Assembly (NCBI GenBank): GCA_963829055.1
Contig: CAWHHI010000004.1
Span: 96,001 to 160,000, forward strand
DNA length: 64,000 bases
Reading direction: 5' to 3'
DNA from: an uncultured Gemmatimonadaceae bacterium
Lineage (GTDB): Bacteria > Gemmatimonadota > Gemmatimonadetes > Gemmatimonadales > Gemmatimonadaceae
A model generated the notes under the pieces. It made no database searches. It was given only the letters and a program-made list of their open reading frames with translations, and had not been told where the DNA came from. Numbering within the stretch: the stretch's first letter is position 1; every line of letters begins with the position of its first letter. Position numbers and translations under genes: made by a program. This document shows positions 1-9,055 of the stretch, one piece after another.

Positions 1-11
1 CAGCGATTGCG

Positions 12-305
12 GTGAGCAACTACCTCTTCCGTCTGTTCATTGCGGGTGATTCCCTACGATCGAGGCAGGCAGTCGCGAACCTTCGGCGCCTGGGCGAGGA
101 ACGACTGTCCGGCCGTTTTCAGCTCACGGTGATCGACGTCACCGCCGATCCCGCGAGCGCCGAGGCGGCCCGCGTGCTCACGACGCCCACGCTGCTCAAG
201 GAAGCCCCCGCACCCCCTCGTCGGGTGACGGGCGATCTGACGGACGCCGGGCAGGTGATCGTCGCGCTCGGGCTCGAAGGCGATCTCAACCTCGGAATCG
301 AATGA
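12..305 (+). CDS. kaiB: KaiB-family circadian clock protein
   Basis: 97 aa with LFIAGDSLRSRQAVANL, VIDV, VLTTPTLLK and PPRRVTGDL, the KaiB pattern; overlaps the kaiC start (ATGA). Confidence 0.9.
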   Translation: MSNYLFRLFIAGDSLRSRQAVANLRRLGEERLSGRFQLTVIDVTADPASAEAARVLTTPTLLKEAPAPPRRVTGDLTDAGQVIVALGLEGDLNLGIE

Positions 306-1897
306 CCGATACCTTCGACCGCGGCAGCGGCGCGGTGGACAAGATCGCGACCGGCATTCCTGGCTTCGACATCATTGCGGACGGCGGCCTGCCGCGCGGG
401 CGAGCGACGCTCGTCGCCGGAACGGCTGGCAGCGCGAAGACGATCTTCTCCGCGCACTTCCTCGCCGCCGGCATCACGATGTTCGATGAGGGCGGTGTCT
501 TCGTCACGTTCGAGGACACCCCCGAGGATATCCGCCTCAACGTGCGCGCGTTCGGCTGGGACATCGAAGCATGGGAGCAGGCCGGCAAGTGGGCGTTCGT
601 GGACGTGTCGCCCGAACCGGAAGGTCCGCCACCTGTCGTGGGCGGATTCGATCTCGGCGCCCTGCTCGCGCGCATCGAGCACGCCGCGAAGCGAGTGAAT
701 GCCCGCCGCATCGTGCTCGACTCCATGAGCGCGTTGTTCATGACGCTCGACGACCGCGCGTTGCTGCGCACCGAGCTCTATCGCATCTCGCTGGCGCTCA
801 AGCGTGAGGGAATGACCGTCGTGTTCACGAGCGAGCGCATCGCGGACTACGGCGACATCACGCGGTTCGGCATCGAGGAGTTCGTCGCCGACAACGTGCT
901 CCTGCTGCGCAACATCCTCGTGGATGAGAAGCGCCGGCGCACGATCGAGATCCTCAAGTTTCGCGGCGCGTCGCACCAGCGCGGTGAAGTTCCGTTCACG
1001 ATCACGGGCGAAGGGATCGTCGTCATCGCGCTCACGGCGCAGGAGCTGACGCAGGGATCGACGACCGTTCGTATCACGTCCGGCGTCGCCGAGCTCGATC
1101 GCATGTGCAACGGCGGATTCTTCCGCGACTCGATCGTGCTCGTGAGCGGCGCGACGGGAACGGGGAAGACGCTGCTCGTCACGCAATTCATTTCCGGCGG
1201 GTTCACGACGAACGAGCGGTGCCTGCTGTTCGCGTTCGAGGAGAGTCGCGACCAACTGATTCGCAACGCGCTCGCGTGGGGCATCGACTTCGCTCGCATG
1301 GAGCGCGAGGGCCTGCTCCGCATCGTGAATCAGTATCCGCACGCGATGCCCATGGAAGATCATCTCGTCCGCATGGGCGAGATCATCGAAGAATTTCAGC
1401 CGCAGCGCGTGGCGGTGGACAGTCTCTCCGCGCTCGAGCGCGTGTTCACGCTGCGCGCGTTCCGCGAATTCGTGATCAGCCTCACATCGACGCTGAAGCG
1501 CGGCGGCATCGCGGGTCTGTTCACGTCGACGACCGCCTCGCTGTTAGGCGGTGGGTCCATTACCGAAAAGCACATCTCGACGCTGACGGACTCGATCATC
1601 CTGCTGCGCTACGTCGAGATGTTCGGCGAGATGCTCAGAAGCATCACGGTGCTCAAGATGCGCGGCTCGCTTCACGACACGCGGTTGCGCGAGTTCACGA
1701 TCGATGGCGCCGGGATGCACATCGGCGAGCCATTCCGCCGAGTGAGCGGCATTCTTTCCGGCGTGCACACGTTCAGCGATGGTGATGCCCACGGCGATGC
1801 CGACGGCGCTGATGACGACGGCGACAACGGGAACCACGGGCACGAAGGGCACGAGTCCGCGTCGTCGCGTTCGGGGGAGGCACCGCGCGGTGTGTGA
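302..1897 (+). CDS. kaiC: KaiC double-domain RecA-like ATPase/kinase
   Basis: Two ATPase domains (GTAGSAKT, GATGTGKT), TFED/AFEES, KFRG/KMRG, and the phosphosite segment HISTLTDSIILLRYVE. Confidence 0.95.
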   Translation: MTDTFDRGSGAVDKIATGIPGFDIIADGGLPRGRATLVAGTAGSAKTIFSAHFLAAGITMFDEGGVFVTFEDTPEDIRLNVRAFGWDIEAWEQAGKWAFVDVSPEPEGPPPVVGGFDLGALLARIEHAAKRVNARRIVLDSMSALFMTLDDRALLRTELYRISLALKREGMTVVFTSERIADYGDITRFGIEEFVADNVLLLRNILVDEKRRRTIEILKFRGASHQRGEVPFTITGEGIVVIALTAQELTQGSTTVRITSGVAELDRMCNGGFFRDSIVLVSGATGTGKTLLVTQFISGGFTTNERCLLFAFEESRDQLIRNALAWGIDFARMEREGLLRIVNQYPHAMPMEDHLVRMGEIIEEFQPQRVAVDSLSALERVFTLRAFREFVISLTSTLKRGGIAGLFTSTTASLLGGGSITEKHISTLTDSIILLRYVEMFGEMLRSITVLKMRGSLHDTRLREFTIDGAGMHIGEPFRRVSGILSGVHTFSDGDAHGDADGADDDGDNGNHGHEGHESASSRSGEAPRGV

Positions 1898-3549
1898 ACA
1901 TGTCTGAACACAGCGCCAGCGAATCACCAGTGGAACGGGCGTCGGATCGAACCCGTTTGCGAGTGATCGTCGAACGGATGGCCGACGGCATCATCATCGC
2001 GGACCGCGAAGGTGTGATTCAGTTCGCCAATCCCGCCGCGGAGACGCTGTTCGGCCGACCCGCGGATGACCTCGTGGGCGAGCACTTCGGATTTCCGATT
2101 GTCCGCGAGGACACGAGCGCGATCGAGGTCGTGCGCCCCGGCGGTGAGGTGTTGCACGCGGAGCTTCGCGTGGCGGACATTGAGTGGGAGAGTGAGTCGT
2201 CGTTCCTCATCTCGCTGCGCGACGTCACCGATCGCAAACGCGCGGAGGAGCAGGCGCGTCAACTCCAGCAGGAGCAGGCGGCGCGCACGGAGGCCGAAGC
2301 GGCGAGCCAGGCGAAGTCGGAATTTCTCGCGGTCATGTCGCACGAGCTTCGCACGCCGCTCAACGCGGTCCTCGGCTACACGGACCTGTTGCAGCTTGGC
2401 ATCGCGGGCTCACTCAGCGACGAGCAGCGGCAGCAGTTGCGTCGCATCTCGGCGAGTGGGCGGCATCTGTTGTCGCTCGTGAACGAGGTGCTCGATCTCG
2501 CGCGCATTGAATCGGGGCGCCTCAATGTCGAGCGGCGTCCGATTCGTGCCGCAGACGCCGCCGATGCCGCGGTGGTGATGATTCAGCCACAAGCGGAAGC
2601 TCGCGGACTGACTATCGAGCGCGTCGACGGTGGGATGGAGCCGCTCTGTATCGGTGATCCGGATCGCGTGCGTCAGATTCTCGTGAACCTGCTCGGCAAC
2701 GCGGTGAAGTTCACGCCAGCCGCGGGAAGCGTCATCGTGGACATTGGCGTCGCGGACGCACCGGAGAGCGCCGCTCGTGTGCGTGGCGACGGATCGTGGG
2801 TGTACTTCCGCGTGACCGACACCGGTCCTGGCATTGCCGCCGATCAGCTCGAGTTGATCTTCGCGCCGTTCGTGCAGGCGCAGGGCGGGCGCACGCGCGG
2901 AAAGGACGGCACGGGCCTGGGTCTCACGATCAGTCGTCGTCTCGCGCGGCTGATGAATGGCGACGTCACCGTGCGCAGCAAGCTCGGAGATGGTGCGGTG
3001 TTCACGTTGTGGCTTCCCGAGGCGACCGATGGTGCGCCGCACGGGAGTGACGTCGAGTTGCCGCTGCGCGGACGAGAGCCCGCGGTGCAGGGGCTTGCCG
3101 ACATTGGCGAAGCGTTGATGCGCGATCTGGAGCCGGTGCTCGATGGCTTCGTCGCGCGACTGCGTGAAGCGCCGGGTGTGCCGGGCGCGGAATCGCTGCA
3201 TTTCTCCCAGCTCGCGGATCACGTCCCGAGTTTGATCGCCGACATGGCGGAGACACTCGTGATCATCGAGGAGTCGCGCGGGGAGCCGTCGTCGATCATT
3301 GCGGACGGCACGGCGATTCGTCGGATGATCTCCGACCGCCACGGTGTGCAGCGTGCGCGGCTCGGCTGGACGGTGGACGCGCTCCGTCGCGAGCACGCGC
3401 TGCTGCGCGCTGAAGTCGAGGGCGCGATTCAGCGCCGTTTTCTCGGTGAGCGCGAGGGTCGCATTGCGGAGGCGATTCGGGTGATCGATCAGTTGGTGAT
3501 GGATGCCGAAGCATGCGCCGTACGCGCGCTCGAACGAGAAAGCGGATAG
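1894..3549 (+). CDS. PAS sensor histidine kinase with C-terminal helical (RsbRD_N-like) domain
   Basis: N-terminal PAS, H-box MSHELRTPLN, N-box NLLGNAVKFT, DTGPGI and GTGLGL; overlaps the kaiC stop; alternative start ATG 1900. Confidence 0.9.
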   Translation: MNMSEHSASESPVERASDRTRLRVIVERMADGIIIADREGVIQFANPAAETLFGRPADDLVGEHFGFPIVREDTSAIEVVRPGGEVLHAELRVADIEWESESSFLISLRDVTDRKRAEEQARQLQQEQAARTEAEAASQAKSEFLAVMSHELRTPLNAVLGYTDLLQLGIAGSLSDEQRQQLRRISASGRHLLSLVNEVLDLARIESGRLNVERRPIRAADAADAAVVMIQPQAEARGLTIERVDGGMEPLCIGDPDRVRQILVNLLGNAVKFTPAAGSVIVDIGVADAPESAARVRGDGSWVYFRVTDTGPGIAADQLELIFAPFVQAQGGRTRGKDGTGLGLTISRRLARLMNGDVTVRSKLGDGAVFTLWLPEATDGAPHGSDVELPLRGREPAVQGLADIGEALMRDLEPVLDGFVARLREAPGVPGAESLHFSQLADHVPSLIADMAETLVIIEESRGEPSSIIADGTAIRRMISDRHGVQRARLGWTVDALRREHALLRAEVEGAIQRRFLGEREGRIAEAIRVIDQLVMDAEACAVRALERESG

Positions 3550-3558
3550 TCGAACGGT

Positions 3559-3676
3559 GTCATCCCGAGCGTCAGCGAGCGTCAGCGAGGGATCTCCTGT
3601 GATGTCATCGTGGCGGGTTAGCTACGATGACTTTCGAGAAGATCCCTCGCTGCCGCTCGCTGACGCTCGGGATGAC
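3559..3676. repeat. REP-like palindromic element (family A)
   Basis: GTCATCCCGAGCG...AGCGAGGGATCT pairs with AGATCCCTCGCT...CGCTCGGGATGAC; inner stem GTCATCGTGGC...GCTACGATGAC. Confidence 0.9.
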
Positions 3677-3932
3677 GAACGCTGATGGCTTTCGCTGTGA
3701 CTCGTTCGTGTTCTCGTGGGTCTAGCTGACGACGCGATGCTCGAACGCATTGTCGATCCGTCGCGGCGGAACGAATGGAACCAGGTCAGGCGAATCGCGG
3801 ACGGCGTTGCAGGACGCAACAGTAGTGTCGCTCTTCAGCAACGCTCACGACCGTTGTCCGCGTTAGGAGCAATGGTGCGTTTGAGAGGGAAGAGTCTGGG
3901 CCGCACCGATACTTCAGCATGTCGAACGCTTG

Positions 3933-3948
3933 CGGCACGGTTATCGCT
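3933..3948 (+). promoter_or_regulatory. Putative sigma54 (-24/-12) promoter
   Basis: CGGCACGGTTATCGCT: GG(3934-35)-N10-GC(3946-47), with GGCACG matching the consensus; upstream of the tRNA-like RNA and rtcB. Confidence 0.6.
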
Positions 3949-4046
3949 TTAATACGGAAGTGAGCTGGACGGTTGGGGTCGCGCGTGCCAGACGACGCGT
4001 GATGGGCGGGGATCCGACGCGTATGGGCTTTTGCCGCGTGTCGTCT

Positions 4047-4210
4047 GGGGACCGTAGTTCAACGAGAACGCGCCGACGCCGCAGGATTCCTTTGCCCGAC
4101 GAGGGCCGATGAACGCGGGGGGCCGGCGGCGAGATGCGGGTGACGTATATCGTGCCGACTGCATAGCGGTGAATGCGTGAGGCGCGGTGAGCGGAGTCCC
4201 GTCGGTCCTC
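4047..4210 (+). ncRNA. tRNA-like structured RNA with expanded anticodon and T loops
   Basis: Acceptor GGGACCG(4048-54)/CGGTCCT(4203-09), then TA, D arm GTTC-AACGA-GAAC, stem CGCCG/CGGCG, linker AGAT, T stem GCGGG(4136-40)/CCCGT(4198-4202) stacked on the acceptor. Confidence 0.7.
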
Positions 4211-4227
4211 GGTAGCCCTCCTGTTTC

Positions 4228-4389
4228 GGGAATCGGGAATAGGGAATCGGGAATGGTGAAAGACCTCGGGACGCTTCGTGCGTCTCGAGGTCTTTGCCAT
4301 CCCGTCCACGTGACGGATATGCGGCCGTTCGCGACACGCGGGTTCGCCGGTTGCCCGATTCCCGATTCCCGATTCCCCATTCCCCATTC
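4228..4389. repeat. Inverted heptamer arrays (GGGAATC)n ... (GATTCCC)n enclosing a hairpin
   Basis: gggaatcgggaatagggaatcgggaatgg versus cccgattcccgattcccgattccccattccccattc; inner AAAGACCTCGGGACGC-TTCGT-GCGTCTCGAGGTCTTT. Confidence 0.85.
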
Positions 4390-4392
4390 TCG

Positions 4393-5620
4393 ATGAAGAT
4401 CTTCGGCAATCACGATGCGGCGACCATCGCGCAGCTGGAGGATGTCGCCTCACGCGCCGCGGCCGCGGCGCTCATGGCGGACGGGCACGTCGGGTACATC
4501 ATGCCCATTGGCGGAGTGGCTGCGTACCACGAGCAGGTGTCCGTCGTCGGCGTCGGGTTCGACATCGCGTGCGGCAACGCGGCGATTCGCACCGACCTCA
4601 CGCTCTCGCAGCTCGGCGATACCCCCGACGAAGTTGGCCGCACGCTGAGCGGAATTGCCGACGACATTGCCGCCACGGTCAGTTTCGGCATCGGGCGGAA
4701 GAATCGCGCGGACGACGCGCCGGTGGATCATCCGCTGTTCACGGACGCCGCGTGGGACGCCGTGCCGCACAAGCATCGCGCTGCCTTACGCGACAAGGCC
4801 CGCGGCCAGTTGGGGACCGTCGGCAGCGGCAATCACTATGTCGATGTGTTCGCGGATGAGACCGGGACGATCTGGGTCGGCGTGCACTTCGGGAGTCGCG
4901 GCTTCGGCCACACGGTCGCGTCGAGCTTCATTGCTGTCAGCCAGGGCCAGGAGTGGGGAGCGCGTGCGCCCGAGCGCGAAGTGCTGCTCGACCTTCACGG
5001 CACCGATCGGTCACGACTACTGGCACCTCATGAACCTCGCCGGTCGTTATGCATACGCCGGCCGAGAGTGGGTCGCGCGGAAAGTGGTCGAGATCCTCGG
5101 CGCGAACGAGGTGGAGCTCGTCCACAACCATCACAACTTCGCGTGGCGCGAGTCGCACGGTGGGGACGACGTGATCGTCGTGCGGAAGGGGGCGACCCCC
5201 GCGTTCCCCGATCAGCGTGGCTTCATTGGCGGGTCGATGGGCGACGACGCGGTGATCGTCCGCGGCGTGTCGCCTAACGCCGTTTCACCCGATGTCGCGG
5301 AATCCCAGCGGGCCGCGCTGTACTCGACCGTGCACGGCGCCGGCCGCGTGATGTCGCGCACACAGGCTGCGGGGAAGCGGAATCGGAAGACGGGCGCGGT
5401 GATCAAGCCCGGTCAGGTGTCGCCCGAGATGATGCAGGAGTGGGTGCAGCGAAAGGGTGTGATCCTCCGCGGCGGCGGGCTCGACGAAAGTCCTCACGCG
5501 TATCGACGCCTCCCGGAGGTGCTGGCGGCGCAGGAGGGAACGGTCGAGGTCCTCCATACGCTGCGGCCGCTGATCGTCGTGATGGCGGGGGAGAATGAGT
5601 TTGATCCGTACAAAGACTGA
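4393..5620 (+). CDS. rtcB: RtcB family RNA ligase (one frameshift near 5000)
   Basis: DGHVGY, GFDIACG, LGTVGSGNHY and HFGSRG in one frame; HNHHNFA, RKGAT, GGSMG, STVHGAGR and DESPHAYR in the next. Confidence 0.93.
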
Positions 5621-5861
5621 CGGCCGGCGGCCGGCAGGCCGGAGGAAGGAGGCCTGAGGAAGGAGGCGAGGAAGGAGGAGGGCGGACGGCGGAGGGCGGA
5701 GAAAAGCCTGTCATCCCGAGGAGCGGCGGCGACGAGGGACCTTCTGTGATGTCATCGTGGCGAGGCCGGCTACGATGATATCACGCAAGGTCCCTCGCTG
5801 ACGCTCGGGATGACAACGCTTTTCCGCCCTCCGCCCTCCGCCGTCCGCCTTCCGCCTTCCG
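5621..5861. repeat. Family A REP-like element (5710-5814) flanked by inverted heptamer arrays
   Basis: GTCATCCCGAG...CTCGGGATGAC, with GAGGAAG/GGCGGAG units on the left and TCCGCCC/TCCGCCT units on the right. Confidence 0.85.
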
Positions 5862-5867
5862 AAAAAA

Positions 5868-5888
5868 CGGCGTGTGACTTGCCTCACG
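5868..5888 (+). promoter_or_regulatory. Overlapping sigma54-like and CRP/FNR-like boxes
   Basis: GG(5869-70)-N10-GC(5881-82) ending TTGC; TGTGA-N6-TCACG at 5873-5888. Confidence 0.35.
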
Positions 5889-5938
5889 ATTCACAGCCAT
5901 TTGCGCGCACGCGTCACATACGCTGAGGTACCGGCTGT

Positions 5939-6310
5939 ATGTCGCAAAGGACTGTTCTCGTCATGGCGAAAGACCGCTTCGTAGCGGTGCTGTTGGGTGG
6001 ACTCGTCGAGCTCTCGGGCCGGAGCGCCGCGTTCACGAAGGATGATGAACCCGCCGACTTGGCGGTTCTCCGAACGCGTCCCGATCTCGTGTTGTTCGAC
6101 TGCGCTCTGGGGATGTCGGCGTGCACGCGGATCGCCGCGGTCGCACGGCTGGAAGCTCTCCCGGTGCTCATGTTCTCTGCCGCGCACACGGATCGCGAGG
6201 CACACGATATCGCCGGGCTGTACGGCGCACCGGTGTTCGTCTTGCCGATCAAGCCACGAGAGTTCCTGGGTCTGATCGACAGGACGTTGGCGGTGACGAC
6301 GCCTAACTAG
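5939..6310 (+). CDS. Stand-alone atypical receiver-domain protein
   Basis: RTVLVM, RPDLVLFD and PVLMFSA fit the REC fold; the acidic pair and conserved Lys are degenerate. Confidence 0.7.
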   Translation: MSQRTVLVMAKDRFVAVLLGGLVELSGRSAAFTKDDEPADLAVLRTRPDLVLFDCALGMSACTRIAAVARLEALPVLMFSAAHTDREAHDIAGLYGAPVFVLPIKPREFLGLIDRTLAVTTPN

Positions 6311-6318
6311 GAGCCTCC

Positions 6319-6427
6319 GTCATCCCGAGGAGCGCAGCGACGAAGGGAGCGACCTTCTGTCATGTCATCGTAACCAGTGAGGCCACGATGACGTTCGAGA
6401 AGATCCCTCGCGGATGCTCGGGATGAC
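6319..6427. repeat. REP-like palindromic element (family A)
   Basis: GTCATCCCGAG...CTCGGGATGAC with inner GTCATCGT...ACGATGAC. Confidence 0.85.
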
Positions 6428-6700
6428 CGAGGCTTTCCGCGCGTTAGGGTTGAGCGTGCGCGCATACGCGGCCAGCGCCGTGCCGCGACTCCGCCGGCAT
6501 GGAGACGCGGACACCAGCGCGACAATCAGGAAGGGATGAACCGCTCGACGTCGGGACGAATCTCGGCTGATTCTGCAAGCGAGATCGGCGGGTCGCCTTC
6601 GGTCGCCGGACACAGACGTTCGGCCACGTCGCCGCACCGCGTTTGATTTTTCGGGCGCCGGGAGCCATAGCTTGGTGCGGAGACCCGAGACCATACCCCG

Positions 6701-7900
6701 TTGCCCGAAAAGCGCCGAGCTCAGACCGATCTGCCCGCCCAACGAAGCCGCTGGGTCGTTGCCGCCGCCATCGTCGGGCTCGCGGCATTCTGCGCGATCG
6801 TCGAAGCCAGTCAGAACTACATCGGCGCGATCAACTTTGGCCGGCCGGTCGCCTGGCGGGAGTCGTTCAGGCGCACGCTTCCGTCCTGGGCCCTCATCGC
6901 GCTCCTCACGCCGTTCGCGTTGTACCTCGCTCGGCGCTTCCCGCTGGACCGGGACCGGTGGCGGCGGTCGCTGGTCGTCCACCTGCTTGGCGCGACGGCG
7001 TTCTCGCTCGCGCACCTCGGCGGAACGGCCGTGTTCTATGCGACGTGGGACGGGTCGTATGCGAACCTGCCGCTGCTGCTCAACAAGTTCATCAGCGCGT
7101 ACTTCATTCTCGACGTCCTCATCTACTGCGGCATCATCGGCGCGTCGCACGCGCAGCGGTTCTACGAGGAAGCAAGGACGCGCGAGCTGGCCGCGTCTCG
7201 ACTTCAGGAAAGTCTGACCCAGGCGCGTCTGGCGGCGTTGCGCGGGCAGCTCAATCCGCACTTCCTCTTCAACACGTTGAACGCCGTTGCCACCATGGCG
7301 CTCAAGCGTGAGCACGACAACGTCGTCGTAACGCTCGGCTACCTGAGCGAGCTGCTGCGCGTATCGCTCGACGACCGCCTGCCGCAGGAAGTGCGTCTGG
7401 CTGATGAGCTGGAGCTCCTCGAGCGCTACCTCGAGATTCAGCGGATCCGGTTTGGTGATCGCCTCACAGTGACGTACGACGTCGACGACAACACGCTCGG
7501 CGCGCTCGTCCCCATCATGATCCTGCAGCCGCTGGCCGAGAACGCGATCGTGCACGGCATCGCGCCGGTGACAGGGCCGGGCGAGCTGCGAATCCGGGCC
7601 GAGCGGCGCGACGACGGGTTGGTGCTCGAGATATCGGACAGTGGGCCCGGGTTCGGCACGGTCGCTCGGCTCACTGCGTGCCGCGCCCACCAGGAGGATC
7701 AAACAGGTGACGACGGGCGCTCCAGCACGGGCATCGGTCTCGCGAACACGCGGGCCCGGATCGCGCAACTCTATGGAGAGCGTTCGGTGTTATGGGTGGG
7801 CGCCGGGGATACGGGCGGGGCGTGCGTGTCCGTGACTATCCCCTTTCGCGCCGCGCCGGCGGACACGAGGCGACCGCTGATGGAGGCTACCGCCACGTGA
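6701..7900 (+). CDS. LytS/YehU-type membrane histidine kinase
   Basis: About four TM segments, QLNPHFLFNTLN, LQPLAENAIVHG and GIGLAN. Confidence 0.92.
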   Translation: MPEKRRAQTDLPAQRSRWVVAAAIVGLAAFCAIVEASQNYIGAINFGRPVAWRESFRRTLPSWALIALLTPFALYLARRFPLDRDRWRRSLVVHLLGATAFSLAHLGGTAVFYATWDGSYANLPLLLNKFISAYFILDVLIYCGIIGASHAQRFYEEARTRELAASRLQESLTQARLAALRGQLNPHFLFNTLNAVATMALKREHDNVVVTLGYLSELLRVSLDDRLPQEVRLADELELLERYLEIQRIRFGDRLTVTYDVDDNTLGALVPIMILQPLAENAIVHGIAPVTGPGELRIRAERRDDGLVLEISDSGPGFGTVARLTACRAHQEDQTGDDGRSSTGIGLANTRARIAQLYGERSVLWVGAGDTGGACVSVTIPFRAAPADTRRPLMEATAT

Positions 7901-8757
7901 CCCGGGTGATCCGCACCGTGGTCGTGGACGACGAGCCGCTGGCACGCGACGGGCTCCGCGTTAGGCTCGGCCGGGAGGACGACGTGGAGATCGTTGGCGA
8001 GGCGGCGGACGGACCGTCGGCAGTCGACGCGATCCTCTCGCTGCGTCCGGACCTCGTGTTTCTCGATGTGCAGATCCCGGGGTTCGACGGCTTCGACGTC
8101 GTCGCGAAGACGGCGTCGACCCATCTCCCGACGATCGTGTTCGTGACGGCCTACGACCGGTACGCGCTGCGGGCGTTCGAGGTTCACGCGCTCGACTACC
8201 TGCTGAAGCCGATTGCGCACCGGCGCCTCCAGGAAGCGCTGCGTCGAGCGCGGCATGAGCTGGGTCGGAGAGCGCGTGAGGAAGAATTGGAGCGCGACCC
8301 TGAGTCGGCGAACGGAGAGAGCGATAGCTCGCCCAGTGCCGATCGACTGCGGAGCCTGCTAGACGAGCGAGAAGCGGCGCTCGGCCTGTCCCTGACGGCC
8401 GGTGCGCCGCACTCCGCGTCGCCTGTGCCCGCGCCACGCTATGCGCTGCGGTTCACGGTGCGCGACGGCGAACGCTATGTGCTCCTGCGTGTGGCCGACG
8501 TGGACTGGGCCGAAGCGTCAGCGAATTACGTGCGGCTCCACGTGGGCCCGAGGATGTTCCAGATGCGCACGACGATGTCGGAGCTGGAGCGGCAGCTCGA
8601 CCCTGCGCAGTTCACGCGCATTCACCGCTCGACGATCGTGAACCTGGATCGCGTCCGCGAGATCCGCCCGGAGTGGCACGGGGAGTACGAGGTGGCATTA
8701 GTGACGGGCACCACGCTCCGGCTGAGTCGCGGGTATCGAGATCGGCTGTTGGGGTAG
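7897..8757 (+). CDS. LytTR family response regulator
   Basis: VVDDEPLAR, LVFLDVQ, FVTAYD, YLLKP and C-terminal FTRIHRSTIVN; GTG start overlaps the kinase stop. Confidence 0.93.
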   Translation: MTRVIRTVVVDDEPLARDGLRVRLGREDDVEIVGEAADGPSAVDAILSLRPDLVFLDVQIPGFDGFDVVAKTASTHLPTIVFVTAYDRYALRAFEVHALDYLLKPIAHRRLQEALRRARHELGRRAREEELERDPESANGESDSSPSADRLRSLLDEREAALGLSLTAGAPHSASPVPAPRYALRFTVRDGERYVLLRVADVDWAEASANYVRLHVGPRMFQMRTTMSELERQLDPAQFTRIHRSTIVNLDRVREIRPEWHGEYEVALVTGTTLRLSRGYRDRLLG

Positions 8758-8761
8758 GGCC

Positions 8762-8979
8762 GGGACTGGGGACTGGGGACTGGGGACTGGGAGCTGCACG
8801 CTGGGTACCTCGGCCGTCGGCTGCATGCTGCGGCCGCACGCTGCGCCGCTGCGCGCAGTACGGCGCGCGGCTCACCACGCGCTGTTCGCTGCGCGCAGCG
8901 TGCGGCCGCAGCAACCAGCACGGCGGCAGACCAGCGCCCAGCGTGCAGTCCCAGTCCCCAGTCCCCAGTCCCCAGTCCC
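8762..8979. repeat. Long palindromic element bounded by inverted (GGGACTG)n/(CAGTCCC)n arrays
   Basis: About four heptamers on each side, then CTGCACGCTGGG/CCCAGCGTGCAG and TGCTGCGGCCGCACGCTGCGC/GCGCAGCGTGCGGCCGCAGCA stems. Confidence 0.9.
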
Positions 8980-9055
8980 TACCCTAGTCCCCACGCAGTT
9001 CCGCGACCAACTTTCCCCTTCCCAAGAGCCGTCCCAACGCCGGAGTCCAATCGTC

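Noticed and set aside
4047..4210. Calling the cloverleaf a functional tRNA gene
   Set aside because: It has no 7-nt anticodon loop, no TTC T loop, no D-loop GG and no CCA, so it is reported as a tRNA-like ncRNA instead.
4990..5010. Programmed frameshift in rtcB
   Set aside because: No slippery heptamer is visible, and similar indels are widespread in the window.
6533..6628. LytTR-type direct repeats (GGGATGAA/GGGACGAA; TTCGGTC/TTCGGCC) upstream of the kinase
   Set aside because: They are short and GC-rich with 20-21 bp spacing. This is plausible but cannot be told from chance by eye.
8762..8979. CRISPR array or coding repeat
   Set aside because: The units are 7-bp tandem repeats without spacers and there are no cas genes. 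The PQSPVP extension of ORF 8825 is just the repeat read in frame.
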